A stretch of DNA of 64,000 bases from the NCBI GenBank assembly GCA_044220725.1, contig JBGAQN010000001.1, forward strand, positions 6,935 through 70,934, written 5' to 3'. Both the position numbers and the translations under genes were made by a program. The notes beneath the pieces were generated by a model. That model worked only from the letters and a program-made list of their open reading frames with translations. It was not told the DNA's origin and did not search any database. Positions 47,837 to 57,463 of the stretch are shown here, piece after piece (the first letter of the stretch is position 1; the number at the start of each line of letters is the position of its first letter). The DNA is from Dermatophilaceae bacterium (GTDB lineage Bacteria > Actinomycetota > Actinomycetes > Actinomycetales > Dermatophilaceae).

Positions 47837-48137
47837 CGACGGCTGCGTGGTGCGGATCGGCGAAGGCGACGGGGTCCGTGGCCCGGAGGGTGTCCACGGC
47901 GGCGGTCACCAAGCAGGACTGCTCATCCACGTCCATCGTGACCTCAGGGCGGGCACCCAGGTCGGTGAGCACGGTGAGTGCGTCGGTGCAGGCACCGATC
48001 CGGATGAAGTCCGCTCTGTTGGTGCTCATCAGCGCGGCGAACGCGGCCATCTCCAACAGTCCCGCAGCCTCATCCAACTGGCGCCGGGCCCGCCGGGTCG
48101 TGACGACCGACCCCTGCCGCTCGCGCGTCATGATCAC
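47790..48137 (-). CDS. hypothetical protein (115 aa)
   Basis: ORF 47790..48137, strongly G/C-biased third positions. The 3' end overlaps the convergent gene by 47 nt. Confidence 0.45.
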   Translation of the reverse strand: MIMTRERQGSVVTTRRARRQLDEAAGLLEMAAFAALMSTNRADFIRIGACTDALTVLTDLGARPEVTMDVDEQSCLVTAAVDTLRATDPVAFADPHHAAVVRQLADDLHAHLLDG

Positions 48138-48277
48138 CGTGGCTCCTCAGGCTCGTTGCCCCCGAGCGCGCCGCAACAGCGCGTCGAAGAGGAGACGCAG
48201 CACCTGCTCAGTTATGACAGGTAGCACACGGGGAGATTGCGGCGACGCCCTAGGACCCGCCGCGGTCGCGCGCTTGG

Positions 48278-49528
48278 TCAGGCTCGCTGGCGAGCGCCCT
48301 CGTCGACGACCCAGAGGTCGACCAGACCGTGGAAGTGGTCGAGGAACTCGTGCTGCTCGTGGGCCGGATAGGTCGCCTTGACGGCGTCCTTGAGCATCCG
48401 GTCGAAGTCGGTCGAGGTGACCCAGTCGAGCACTTGCTCGTCCAGGTAGGGCAGGTGCTTGGCGCACCATTCCCAGTAGCGCTCGGTCTCGAAGTGCTCG
48501 TCCGCCAGCGCCAGGTATGCCGCGAGCTTGCCGTCCGCATCCAGGGCCGGGTCGTCGGCGATGGCGAAGTAGCGCTCGGTCTGCAGGTCGACCTGGGCCT
48601 TGCGACCGGTGGCCAGGCAATAGACCGACCACCGCACGAGTGCCTTGATGGCCCACGGGAAGTAGTAGTGCAACGAGGTGACCGCGACATCGGGGCAGGC
48701 GTTGGCGTAGTCGATGGGATAGACCGCGTCACCGTTGACCAACAACTCGGCGGAGTTGAACTCCCACCCGAAGAAGGCGTTGACGATCCGGCTGATAGCC
48801 ACGGTGCGCTCCCCGGCCAGCGGCGAGAGGAAGTCGTGGGAGACGGCATACCGGCTGTGCATGGGCCGTTCGGGCCGAAAGTCCATGACCATGGTCTCCG
48901 GGCCGATGGACAGGGCCCGCGCGAACTTCTCGTGCGGCACGGTCGCCTGCAAATGCATGAGCATCTCGCCGGACTCGTCATAGGCCCGGTGCAACTGGGC
49001 CTCATTCTCGATCCGGGTGACCCCCCGCCAGCCGCCACCGTCGAAGGGCTTCATGTAGAGGGGGTAGCCCAGGTCGGCGGCGATGGCCGACAGGTCGAAG
49101 GGGAGGTTGTATTTGGCCGACGTCGGCGCCCACCGGTCGTTGTCGACAGGGTTCTTGTAGGGGACCAGGACGGTGCGCGGCACATCAAGGCCCAGCCGCA
49201 GCATGGCGCAGTAGGCGCTGTGCTTCTCCATCGATTGGAAGGTGAACGGGCTGTTGAGCAGGTAGGTGCGGTTGACGAGGGCAGCCTTCTTGAGCCACTC
49301 GCGCGGGTGGTAGTACCAGTGCGCGAGCCGGTCGATGACCAGTTCGGAGCGCACCGGGTCAACAAGGTCGAACGGCTCGATGGTCAGGCGCTCACTGGTG
49401 AAGCTGTGGCGGACCCCGTCCGCGGTCACCACCTGCCCGACACGTCGCAGGATCGCCTCGAAGGCGTGGGGCCAGTCCTCCTCGGCACCGAGCAAGAGCC
49501 CGATGGGGTGAACGTGTGCCAGGTCCAC
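48278..49528 (-). CDS. ATP-grasp-fold protein, unknown ligase
   Basis: Within ORF 48278..49576. GTG 49528 is preceded by AGGAGG. IGLLLGAEEDWPHAFE...YPLYMKPFDGGGWRGV...VYPIDYANACPD. Confidence 0.7.
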   Translation of the reverse strand: MDLAHVHPIGLLLGAEEDWPHAFEAILRRVGQVVTADGVRHSFTSERLTIEPFDLVDPVRSELVIDRLAHWYYHPREWLKKAALVNRTYLLNSPFTFQSMEKHSAYCAMLRLGLDVPRTVLVPYKNPVDNDRWAPTSAKYNLPFDLSAIAADLGYPLYMKPFDGGGWRGVTRIENEAQLHRAYDESGEMLMHLQATVPHEKFARALSIGPETMVMDFRPERPMHSRYAVSHDFLSPLAGERTVAISRIVNAFFGWEFNSAELLVNGDAVYPIDYANACPDVAVTSLHYYFPWAIKALVRWSVYCLATGRKAQVDLQTERYFAIADDPALDADGKLAAYLALADEHFETERYWEWCAKHLPYLDEQVLDWVTSTDFDRMLKDAVKATYPAHEQHEFLDHFHGLVDLWVVDEGARQRA

Positions 49529-49657
49529 GGGGACCCTCCTCTTGACCGGACGGCGGAGTCCGTTGGGCCCGAGCATGCCAGCAGTGCTGCACCCGTGCCA
49601 GGGAAGAAGGTCACCCCGGGGTCACCCGACGCTTGTCCGCCGTTAGCCCGGCGTTGA

Positions 49658-50404
49658 CTAGCACCACCTGGGCAAATGATGGGCGAACTGGCGCTGCCAC
49701 CAAGGCCAGTCATGCGCCACGTCGTCGCCCCACTCGTCGAGCTCGGCTCGGATGCCCTTCTCCTGCAGCAGTCCTGCCAAGTAACGGCTGGATGGGAGGG
49801 CTTGGGTCGGCTCGGTCTCGAACGGTCCGCGGCCGACCACCATGAGCACGTCCAGTCGCGAGCGCAGCCACTCCAGGTGCCCGCCCGTCAGGTCCGGGAC
49901 ATACCACGAGGGGTTGGTCGCGTATGCCGCGTCACCCGGTTCTCCCCAGGCATGCCACCGCGACGGGTCGTAGCTGCCGGACAGGGCCAGCGCCTGCGGG
50001 AACAGGTCGGCCCGGCGCAGCGCGAACTGCACGGCGTGGAAGGCCCCCATGCTCACCCCCGTCGTCACCGGGTCACCGGCCCCTGGCGAATCGGCCCGCA
50101 GCCAGTCCAGCACCGGCCCGGTGATCCACCGCTCGTAGGCCAGGTGGCCCCGCGCTCGATCCTCGATCGATAGAGACCGATTCGACCAGGTGGCCTCGTC
50201 GAAGGCATCGACGCAGTAGAGCTTGACCCGCCCGGCGTCGATGAGGGGGGCCACGGCTTGGATCATCCCTCGGTCGGCGTAATCCCACGCCCGACCCGCC
50301 TCGCAGGGGAACACCAGCACCGGCCTGCCCCAATGGCCATAGCGCAAGACCGTTCCGGGACGGTCGAATCCGGGGGCAGCAAGTTCGGCGCGGGCAGTGT
50401 CCAT
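49658..50404 (-). CDS. esterase-family protein (PF00756-like 'putative esterase')
   Basis: ORF 49658..50404: GHWGRPVLVFPCE...GVSMGAFHA (GxSxG). Confidence 0.75.
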   Translation of the reverse strand: MDTARAELAAPGFDRPGTVLRYGHWGRPVLVFPCEAGRAWDYADRGMIQAVAPLIDAGRVKLYCVDAFDEATWSNRSLSIEDRARGHLAYERWITGPVLDWLRADSPGAGDPVTTGVSMGAFHAVQFALRRADLFPQALALSGSYDPSRWHAWGEPGDAAYATNPSWYVPDLTGGHLEWLRSRLDVLMVVGRGPFETEPTQALPSSRYLAGLLQEKGIRAELDEWGDDVAHDWPWWQRQFAHHLPRWC

Positions 50405-50407
50405 GGG

Positions 50408-51478
50408 TCAGGTCCTCGGGGTCCAGGTGCGATCGAGCAGGTCGGGGAGCAGTGGGTCGAGCAAGTTTCGCCAGCAGGTGAAGTTGTGTCCGTCGCGGAC
50501 CTGGGCAGTGCGGACCGACAGGCCCTGTGCACCCAGCCGTGCCGCCATGAGCGCGTTGTTGTGTCGGTTCTCCTCGACCGTGCCCCAGCCGAGGGCAACC
50601 AACGGTCGGGACGGCGCCGGCTCGGTGTGGACCGCCGCGACGAACTCGACAAGGCGTCGCCAGAACTCGAATCCGCTTTCCTGACTGTCGAATTCGGCCG
50701 TGAAGAACGATCCGGACAGCAGCAGCAGGCCACCGAATGTGCCCGGGTGAGTCCATTCGGTGTGCAGGGCGGCCAGAGCCCCGAGACTGGGCCCGACCAG
50801 CACCGGCGGGACTGGTGACGGGTGGGCATCGAGCAGAGCCGGCACGAGGTGCTCGGCCAGGGCATCGGCGTATGCCGCGGACGCGGCATACCGAGGGTTG
50901 CGGTCGCCGGGGACGAGCAGGCACACCCGCATCCGCGGCAGCCGACCCGCAGCGACCTGATGCCCGACGAATTGGGTCAGCATGGCGAACCGATCCATCT
51001 CCGGGCCGTCGTGTGCGAGCAGGAGCGGGAGGGGCTCGTCGACGAGTGCGTCGGCGGGTGACCACGTGAGGGTGTCCACCGAGCCGACCGGGGTCTGGCT
51101 CACTGTGGCAATGACGCGATGGGCAGGGATGCCCGGTCCGTCGAGCCAAACGGGCGGCCGGTATCCGGGCAGCGCGAGCCACGCGAGGGTGCCGTAGGCG
51201 CCGTCGACCCGACACGGGTTTCGCGGGTCTGCGAGATAAGCCCGCTCATCGCCCAGGATCGGGTGAGAGGCGGTGAACTGGTATTCGATGCGGTCGACGG
51301 GTGGCAGCGGCCAGCGCAGTTCCCAGCCGCCGGGCACGGCCGTGAGGTCGACAGGCAGGCCAGGCAGGTCCAGGTCGTGCGCGAGCCGCACGTCGCGCAG
51401 ATCGTGGTCGGGGTCAGCCAGTCGGAACGTCACCTCGGTTGCGGTGACGCCGGTCGTCAGCTCACCATCCCCGGACAC
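50408..51478 (-). CDS. enterochelin-esterase-like alpha/beta hydrolase with N-terminal beta-sandwich domain
   Basis: ORF 50408..51478: EVTFRL...EYQF N-terminal domain; LLLAHDG...GPSLGALAAL (GxSxG). Confidence 0.75.
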   Translation of the reverse strand: MSGDGELTTGVTATEVTFRLADPDHDLRDVRLAHDLDLPGLPVDLTAVPGGWELRWPLPPVDRIEYQFTASHPILGDERAYLADPRNPCRVDGAYGTLAWLALPGYRPPVWLDGPGIPAHRVIATVSQTPVGSVDTLTWSPADALVDEPLPLLLAHDGPEMDRFAMLTQFVGHQVAAGRLPRMRVCLLVPGDRNPRYAASAAYADALAEHLVPALLDAHPSPVPPVLVGPSLGALAALHTEWTHPGTFGGLLLLSGSFFTAEFDSQESGFEFWRRLVEFVAAVHTEPAPSRPLVALGWGTVEENRHNNALMAARLGAQGLSVRTAQVRDGHNFTCWRNLLDPLLPDLLDRTWTPRT

Positions 51479-51488
51479 GGGTTCGACG

Positions 51489-52766
51489 CTACCGGTTGGA
51501 TGCGAGCGAGTCCGGGTCGTTGGTCCGGGCGGGAGTCAGGCGTTCGAGGCGGCGAACCGACGGGAAGGTGAGGGCGAACAGGATCGACACGAGCACGACG
51601 CCCGTGACCACCCAGAGCCACTGCGCGTAGCCGACCGACTCGGCCAGCGGCCCGGTGATGGCCAGCCCGACGGGCCGCGCCACCAACGAGCCCAGGGTGT
51701 CGAATCCATACACGCGGGCCAGTTTGTCGGGGTCGACGTTCTCCTGAATGGACAGGTCCCAGGCGACGCTGAACATCTCCAGGCCGAAGCCGTGCAGGAA
51801 GGCGCCCAAGAGGACCAGGCCGAGGTTGACGTTGGCCGCAAGCGCCGCAGGGAAGCAGGCTGCGAGGGTGAGGAAGACGGTGCCGATGAAGAGGGCGCGC
51901 CGCGGCTGCCACACGAGCGTGACGACGCCGCCGGCCATAAACCCGATCATGAGCACGGCCAGCGCCCAGCCCCAGGCCGCCTCCCCATAGCCCATTTGAA
52001 CGACGATGGGTCCCAAGACTCCTTGCGCACTGGCATAGAACAGGTGATAGACGAGAGCGACCGCGATGAGCACCCACAACCAGGTATGCCGCAGCACCTC
52101 CCGAGCACCGTCGACGGCATCCTCGAAGAGGGAACGACCTGGTTCGGCGTGCGGCCTGGGCAGCGCAACGAACGAGAGGAGGACACCCGCGACGAGCAGG
52201 GTGATCGCGTCGATGATGATCGCCCATCCCGGGCCGACGATCGCCACGAGCATCCCGCCGGCGCTGAACCCAAGCACGCTCGCGGTGTTGCCGGACAGCC
52301 GGCGGATCGTGATCGCTCGTTGCAAGAGATAGCCGGGCACCGATTGCTGGGTCATCGCCGACGAGCTCGGCCCCGACAGCGATCCGAAGATCCCGGTCAG
52401 CGCGCTGACCACGGCGATGAGCACCAAACTCGACCAGCCTTGGACGAGGCTGATGCCGATGATGGCCTGGGTCACCGCAGACGCGAAGGCGGCACCCTGG
52501 ACGAGGGCCGCACGGGGTAGCCGGTCGCCGAGGACCCCGCCCAGCAGCGCCGTGCCGACCTCGGCGACGGCATACACCGCGACGACGAGACCGAGTTGGG
52601 TGGCCGTCCCGCCGAGGGAAAGCACCGCGAAAGCCAACGCCACCGGCGTGACCGAACTGCCGAAGGCGCTGACCAGCATCCCGAGGGTGAGCCAGCGGAA
52701 GGGCGGAGATTGCCACGGAGAGCGCAGGGGCGGGTCCCCACTGATCTCGCCGGACATGGGTCCCAC
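51489..52766 (-). CDS. MFS transporter (EntS/DHA3-like)
   Basis: ORF 51489..52766, about 12 TM. FRWLTLGMLVSAFGSSVTPVALAFAVL...GVLGDRLPR. ATG 52757 is an alternative start. Confidence 0.85.
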   Translation of the reverse strand: MGPMSGEISGDPPLRSPWQSPPFRWLTLGMLVSAFGSSVTPVALAFAVLSLGGTATQLGLVVAVYAVAEVGTALLGGVLGDRLPRAALVQGAAFASAVTQAIIGISLVQGWSSLVLIAVVSALTGIFGSLSGPSSSAMTQQSVPGYLLQRAITIRRLSGNTASVLGFSAGGMLVAIVGPGWAIIIDAITLLVAGVLLSFVALPRPHAEPGRSLFEDAVDGAREVLRHTWLWVLIAVALVYHLFYASAQGVLGPIVVQMGYGEAAWGWALAVLMIGFMAGGVVTLVWQPRRALFIGTVFLTLAACFPAALAANVNLGLVLLGAFLHGFGLEMFSVAWDLSIQENVDPDKLARVYGFDTLGSLVARPVGLAITGPLAESVGYAQWLWVVTGVVLVSILFALTFPSVRRLERLTPARTNDPDSLASNR

Positions 52767-52858
52767 CGTAAACGTTGGGAGTTGGCCGTGACGTTAGGAG
52801 ACGTTCAAGAATTGGTAGGAATTGTCGGCGCGGCGGCCTGAGGCGCCGCCCGGAGTGC

Positions 52859-53347
52859 TCATGACGGGTCAGACCCGGTTGCGGTCACGAGGGTCTCGAT
52901 CTGCTCCAGGGTCCGGGCCATGTTGACCCGGGTCTGGGCAGCCATGAGCCGGCGGATCAGCGGACGGGAGAGCGGGGCCTCGCGGGAGATGTCCCACGTC
53001 TCGCGGACGATGGTGGCGCCCTCGACGGGCTCGAGCTCGTAGCGCCAGACCCGGCCGGTGACGACCTTGTCCAGGGGTGCGGCCGCCAGGGTCTGCCAGG
53101 CGATGCGCCGGTCGGGCTCGAACTCGATGACGACATTGCGGGTGGAATAGCCCACGCCCAGCTTCATCGACATCCCGAACGTGTCACCGAGACCCAAGCG
53201 GCGCGAACCGGCGCTGGTGGGCGCGACGACCGTTCCCGAGCCGTCGATCTGCGGGTGACGGGACGGGTCGGCGAGCAGGTCGAAGATCGCCGCCGCCGGG
53301 GCCGGGATCCGGCGCTGGACGGTGACGAGGTTGCGGGCGTCGGTCAT
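52859..53347 (-). CDS. SRPBCC-superfamily (polyketide cyclase/START-like) protein
   Basis: ORF 52859..53347: VTVQRRIPAPAAAIFDLLADPSRHPQIDGSG. Confidence 0.75.
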   Translation of the reverse strand: MTDARNLVTVQRRIPAPAAAIFDLLADPSRHPQIDGSGTVVAPTSAGSRRLGLGDTFGMSMKLGVGYSTRNVVIEFEPDRRIAWQTLAAAPLDKVVTGRVWRYELEPVEGATIVRETWDISREAPLSRPLIRRLMAAQTRVNMARTLEQIETLVTATGSDPS

Positions 53348-53467
53348 GGCCTGACGCTAACAGCCGGTATGCCGTGCGCCTCACCATCCGCGCGGAGGGA
53401 GCGGAGGGAGGCACCCGGCATACCGGCTGCTGGGGCGATCGGCCCGCGCTGGGGCGATCGGCCCGCG

Positions 53468-53507
53468 CTGGGCGTCGGTGTGGTCGAGCGCGGGACGCTG
53501 CCCCCGT
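53468..53507 (-). terminator. 10-bp perfect hairpin downstream of 53537 stop
   Basis: GTGTGGTCGA (53468-53477) pairs with TCGACCACAC (53498-53507). Confidence 0.4.
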
Positions 53508-53536
53508 TCGACCACACACTCCGACGCGGCGAGAGG

Positions 53537-53941
53537 TCAGACCTCGTCGGTGTGCGACGCCCACGTGGTGGGGGCGTCCTGCGGGGTCGAGGCGTGAGCG
53601 GCCGAAGCCTCGGGAGCGGCTGTCGACTCGGACTCGGCCGTCTCGAACGGGGTGTGGTGGGTCGTGGGGCGCTTGGTGGCCAGCTTGTCGACCCCGGAGA
53701 CGACCTGGGCGCGGACCTTGCCGACGGTGTCGTGGTACTTGCCCTCGGTGCGCTGGTCGATGGCCGTGCCGGCCTTGTCCAGGAGCGTGGCGACCTTGTC
53801 GCGGTTGTCGTGGGCGAGCTCGCCAGCGTGCTCAATGGCCCGCTTGACGGCCTTCTCGGTGGCGACGGTCAGTTCGTCGATGCGGCGCTCGACCTGAAAC
53901 TCGTCGAGCTTGGCCTTGAGGGTGTCGGTGATCGTGGGCAT
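53537..53941 (-). CDS. small helical stress/antitoxin-like protein (MT0933/CsbD-like)
   Basis: C-terminal 134 aa of ORF 53537..54121: MPTITDTLKAKLDEFQVERRIDELTVATEKAVKRAIEHAGELAHDNRDKVATLLDKAGTAIDQRTEGKYHDTVGKV. Confidence 0.55.
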   Translation of the reverse strand: MPTITDTLKAKLDEFQVERRIDELTVATEKAVKRAIEHAGELAHDNRDKVATLLDKAGTAIDQRTEGKYHDTVGKVRAQVVSGVDKLATKRPTTHHTPFETAESESTAAPEASAAHASTPQDAPTTWASHTDEV

Positions 53942-54104
53942 GTGGGGATCTCCCCTTGCGGTGCGTGGGTGTCTGGCGCCGGACGGTTCCGGAGCCGCCC
54001 AGGTCAACGGGCCTGGGCGTGGCGCTGTTCCCTTGGCCGGGTCGGGGATTCCCCTGACTCCCCCCTGGCAGGTCAGTCGTCCCCGGCCCCAGCGGTGGCT
54101 CGGA

Positions 54105-54317
54105 CTACTCGGGGAGGTCAACGAGCCCCAGGTGCAGGTGCCGCATCATCTCGATCAGGCCAAGGACGGTGGTCCCGCCCGGCCCTTGGTATGCCGCCTG
54201 CCCCGTCTCGGGGTGGACCACCACCGACCGTGGTTCCCCGTGCCGAGGGATCACGTGTGCAGATCTCACATCAGGTGAAAGATTTGCACGCATGGGCGAT
54301 AGGGCGACCTCGCTCAT
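54105..54317 (-). pseudogene. degenerate Phd/YefM-like antitoxin remnant
   Basis: ORF 54105..54317: SPMRANLSPDV...VIPRHGEPRSVVVHPE resembles the EARxNLSxL...ITRHGKPVAVLV core but is shortened. The first 20 codons use A/T-ending codons, and there is no room for a partner toxin. Confidence 0.35.
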
Positions 54318-54371
54318 GATCGAGCACTCGGACGACCCCTCCCGCGTGCCTGAGGAGAAAACTGCTGTTCG

Positions 54372-56873
54372 TCAGTCGGTCACCCGGGCGCTCGTGGGGT
54401 CGTAGAGCGGGCGGAGGGAGACGGTCGCGGCATACCTGATGCCGGCGATGTCGACCTCCCACGTGCCGGTCGCGAGCCAGTCCGCGGTCGCCGGGCCGTC
54501 CGGGTTGGTGACCAGCGCGAGGCCGACCGCGCCGCCGAGGGTCCAGCCGTAGGAGCCGGAGCGGACATCGCCGACCGGCACCCCGTCGCGGAGCAGCACT
54601 TCGGCGTGGAAGAGCAGCGGCTGCGGGTCGCGCAGGAGCACCTGGACCAGGCGGCTCGACGGCGGCCCGGCCGCCAGCGCCGCGAGGGTCGGCCCGCGGC
54701 CGATCCAGTCGACCGGCCTGTCCTTGGCCACCGCGAACCCGAGCCCGACCATGGCGAGGGTGTCGGTGTTGTCGATGTCGTGGCCGTAGTCGCGGTAGGC
54801 CTTCTCCAGCCGCAAACTGCCCAGCGCCTTGAGCCCGACATGGCGCATCCCGACCGGCTCACCAGCCGAGACGAGCGTCTCGTAGACGTGGCCCGCGTGT
54901 TCGACGGGAATGTAGAGCTCCCAGCCCAACTCGCCGACGTAGGTGATCCGGATCGCGAGGACAGGTGCGTTTCCCACGTGCACCCAGCGCGCGTCCCGGA
55001 ACGCGAACCCCTCGGGAGAGAAGTCGTCGTCGCTCACCGCCGTCATCACCTCGCGGGCGCGCGGCCCCTGGACGTTGACCTGCGCATAGCTCGCCGTCAC
55101 GTCGCTGACGCGGACGTCCGCCCCCTCGGTATGCCGTCCGAGCCAGTTCGCGACGTGCCCGTGCGCCGTGTCGGAGGCGACAACGAGGAAACGCTCGTCG
55201 GCCAGGCGGGTGACGGTGAGGTCGGCTTCGGTCCCGCCGACGTCGTTGACCCATTGCGTGTAGACGATCCGACCTGATTCTCCCGCAACGGGGCCCGCGC
55301 TGATCCGGTCGAGAACCGTTGCGGCATCGGGGCCTTCGACGAGGAACTTGGCCATGAACGACATGTCGATGAGCCCGACGCCGGTGCGGACGGCCTCGTG
55401 CTCGGCCCGCCACTGCTCGAACCAGTCCTGCCGCTCCCAGGAGGGGACGGCGCTCGGGGAGGTGCCGGGGGCGGCATACCAGTCGGGCGACTCCCAGCCC
55501 GAGACGTCCTTCATAGAGGCGCCGTGGGCAATGAGCTTGTCGTGCAACGGGCTTCGCTTGACGCCACGACCGGTGCGCAGCTGGGTGCCGGGGGCGTGGG
55601 CGGCATACACAGTGCCGAGGATCTCGCTCGTGCGGGCGGCCCGCAGGCGGGGGGCGAGCTGCCACGACTGGAACCGGTCGACGTTGAACGCGGTGACGTC
55701 GGCGTCCGGGTGACCCGACGTGATCCATTGCGCGACAAGGCGACCCATGCCGCCGCTGGAGAGGATGCCGATCGAGTTGAGGCCCGCGCAGACGAAGTAG
55801 CCGCGGATGCCCGGCGCCTCGCCGACCGCGGGCAGCAGGTCGGGCGTGAACGACTCGGGCCCGCAGAAGAAGGTCCGGATGCCCGCATCGAGGGTGGCCG
55901 GCACGCGCTCCATCGCGGTGCGCAAGAACGGCTCCATCCGCTCCCAGTCCGGTTCCAGCGTCCCGAACGAAAAGTCGCGCGGTATGCCGTCCACCCGCCA
56001 GGCCGCGGCGCGTGGCTCGAACAGCCCGACCATGAGGCCGCCGCCCTCCTCGCGGTAGTAGCCGTATGCCGCAGGGTCCTCGAAGACCGGGGCGTCGGGG
56101 CTGACCCCGTCGATGGGTTCGGTGATGAGGTAGTAGTGCTCGGCGGCCTGGTTGGGGATGACCACCCCGTTGCGCTGACCGAGCTCGCGGGCCCACATGC
56201 CGGCGGCGTTGACGGCATACTCGCACTCGATGTCGACTGTCTCGCCGCTGTCGCCCTGGGCCACGCGGACGGCGGTGACCCGATTGCCTTGAGTGACAAC
56301 GGATTCCGCGGACACACCCTCGATGATGCGGACGCCGAGTTGTTTGGCGCCCCGGGCCAGGGACATGGTGAGGTCGACTGGGTTGACCCGGCCGTCGCCG
56401 GGCACATAGAAGCCCGCAAGGAGGTCGTCGGTCTTGGCCAGCGGGAAGAGGCCGGCGATCTCGCGGGGGGTGATCTCGTGGATCTCCAGGCCCTGGGTGC
56501 GTTGGAATGCGGCGATCCGGCGGTATTCGTGCAGCCGGCCCGGGTCGGCGGCGGCTTCGATGAGCCCGACCGGCTTGAACCCGGTGGCCAGGCCGGTCTC
56601 GGCTTCCAGCCGGGCGTAGAGGTCGCGGCCGTAGAGCCGGATCGCCGTCGAGGTGTGTGACGTCGAGCCGAAACACGTCATCAGCCCGGCGGCGTGCCAG
56701 GTCGTGCCCGAGGTGAGCCGGCTGCGTTCCAGGACGACGACGTCGGTCCAACCCAGGTGGGCCAGGTGGTAGGCGATCGAGGTGCCGATGACTCCCCCGC
56801 CGATGACGACGACGCGGGCCCGGGCGGGCAGCTCGACGGGCCGGGCAGGTTCCACAGGTGCAGCAGCGCTCAC
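54372..56873 (-). CDS. FAD-dependent oxidoreductase fused to GcvT-like aminomethyltransferase domain (dimethylglycine/sarcosine dehydrogenase-like)
   Basis: ORF 54372..56873: VVVIGGGVIGTSIAYHLA...TWHAAGL; C-terminal folate-binding GcvT-like half. Confidence 0.85.
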   Translation of the reverse strand: MSAAAPVEPARPVELPARARVVVIGGGVIGTSIAYHLAHLGWTDVVVLERSRLTSGTTWHAAGLMTCFGSTSHTSTAIRLYGRDLYARLEAETGLATGFKPVGLIEAAADPGRLHEYRRIAAFQRTQGLEIHEITPREIAGLFPLAKTDDLLAGFYVPGDGRVNPVDLTMSLARGAKQLGVRIIEGVSAESVVTQGNRVTAVRVAQGDSGETVDIECEYAVNAAGMWARELGQRNGVVIPNQAAEHYYLITEPIDGVSPDAPVFEDPAAYGYYREEGGGLMVGLFEPRAAAWRVDGIPRDFSFGTLEPDWERMEPFLRTAMERVPATLDAGIRTFFCGPESFTPDLLPAVGEAPGIRGYFVCAGLNSIGILSSGGMGRLVAQWITSGHPDADVTAFNVDRFQSWQLAPRLRAARTSEILGTVYAAHAPGTQLRTGRGVKRSPLHDKLIAHGASMKDVSGWESPDWYAAPGTSPSAVPSWERQDWFEQWRAEHEAVRTGVGLIDMSFMAKFLVEGPDAATVLDRISAGPVAGESGRIVYTQWVNDVGGTEADLTVTRLADERFLVVASDTAHGHVANWLGRHTEGADVRVSDVTASYAQVNVQGPRAREVMTAVSDDDFSPEGFAFRDARWVHVGNAPVLAIRITYVGELGWELYIPVEHAGHVYETLVSAGEPVGMRHVGLKALGSLRLEKAYRDYGHDIDNTDTLAMVGLGFAVAKDRPVDWIGRGPTLAALAAGPPSSRLVQVLLRDPQPLLFHAEVLLRDGVPVGDVRSGSYGWTLGGAVGLALVTNPDGPATADWLATGTWEVDIAGIRYAATVSLRPLYDPTSARVTD

Positions 56874-56951
56874 CCCCGCAACCTATCGCTGTGCTCCGTC
56901 GGCTCGATCCGCCGCTGCCCGTGCCATGCTGCCGCCCCGCCCGAGCAGGCT

Positions 56952-57284
56952 ATGCCATGTCGAGCCACGAACACTGATCCCTTCGAGCCGCCCCGGGTCT
57001 CTCAGGAGGTGAGCGACGGGATCGACGCCAACGTCCAAACCGACGGGTCATGGTGGTCCCCAATCACCTGGTTCCTCGTCGAGTCACGCGGTGCTGGGTC
57101 GGTTGACGCGCGGCATGGAACCGTCGTGGGCAAGAGTGAGCCCACCACTCGCGGGCTGCTCGACTGCCTCATCGCGGCGGTCGCCTGGCGCCACGAGGCT
57201 GCGCTGCTCGCCTACGATGTCGATCTCGCCCGGATGGCGGCGGTCGGCGGCGCGCCGCTGGATCCGGCCTCGATCGGCCCGTGA
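56952..57284 (+). pseudogene. PIN-domain (VapC-like) remnant
   Basis: Tail of ORF 56694..57284. GIDANV...LLDCLIAAVAWRHEAALLAYDVDLARMA matches the PIN N- and C-terminal acidic motifs, but only ~88 aa separate GIDANV from the stop. No antitoxin is adjacent. Confidence 0.35.
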
Positions 57285-57463
57285 CTGCGGCGTTGCGTGT
57301 GGTCGGACGCGGAGTATGCCGCGCGAGCGACCGCACGCTGTCAGCGAGTCCGCACCTCACGGTCCGTTGGTGCCGGTACGGTCGGCCCGCCTGTGGATAG
57401 CGTGGGGCGGGTGTCGGCGGGACGGCATACAGTGCCTGGGTCCCCACCCGACCGGGAGTTGAG

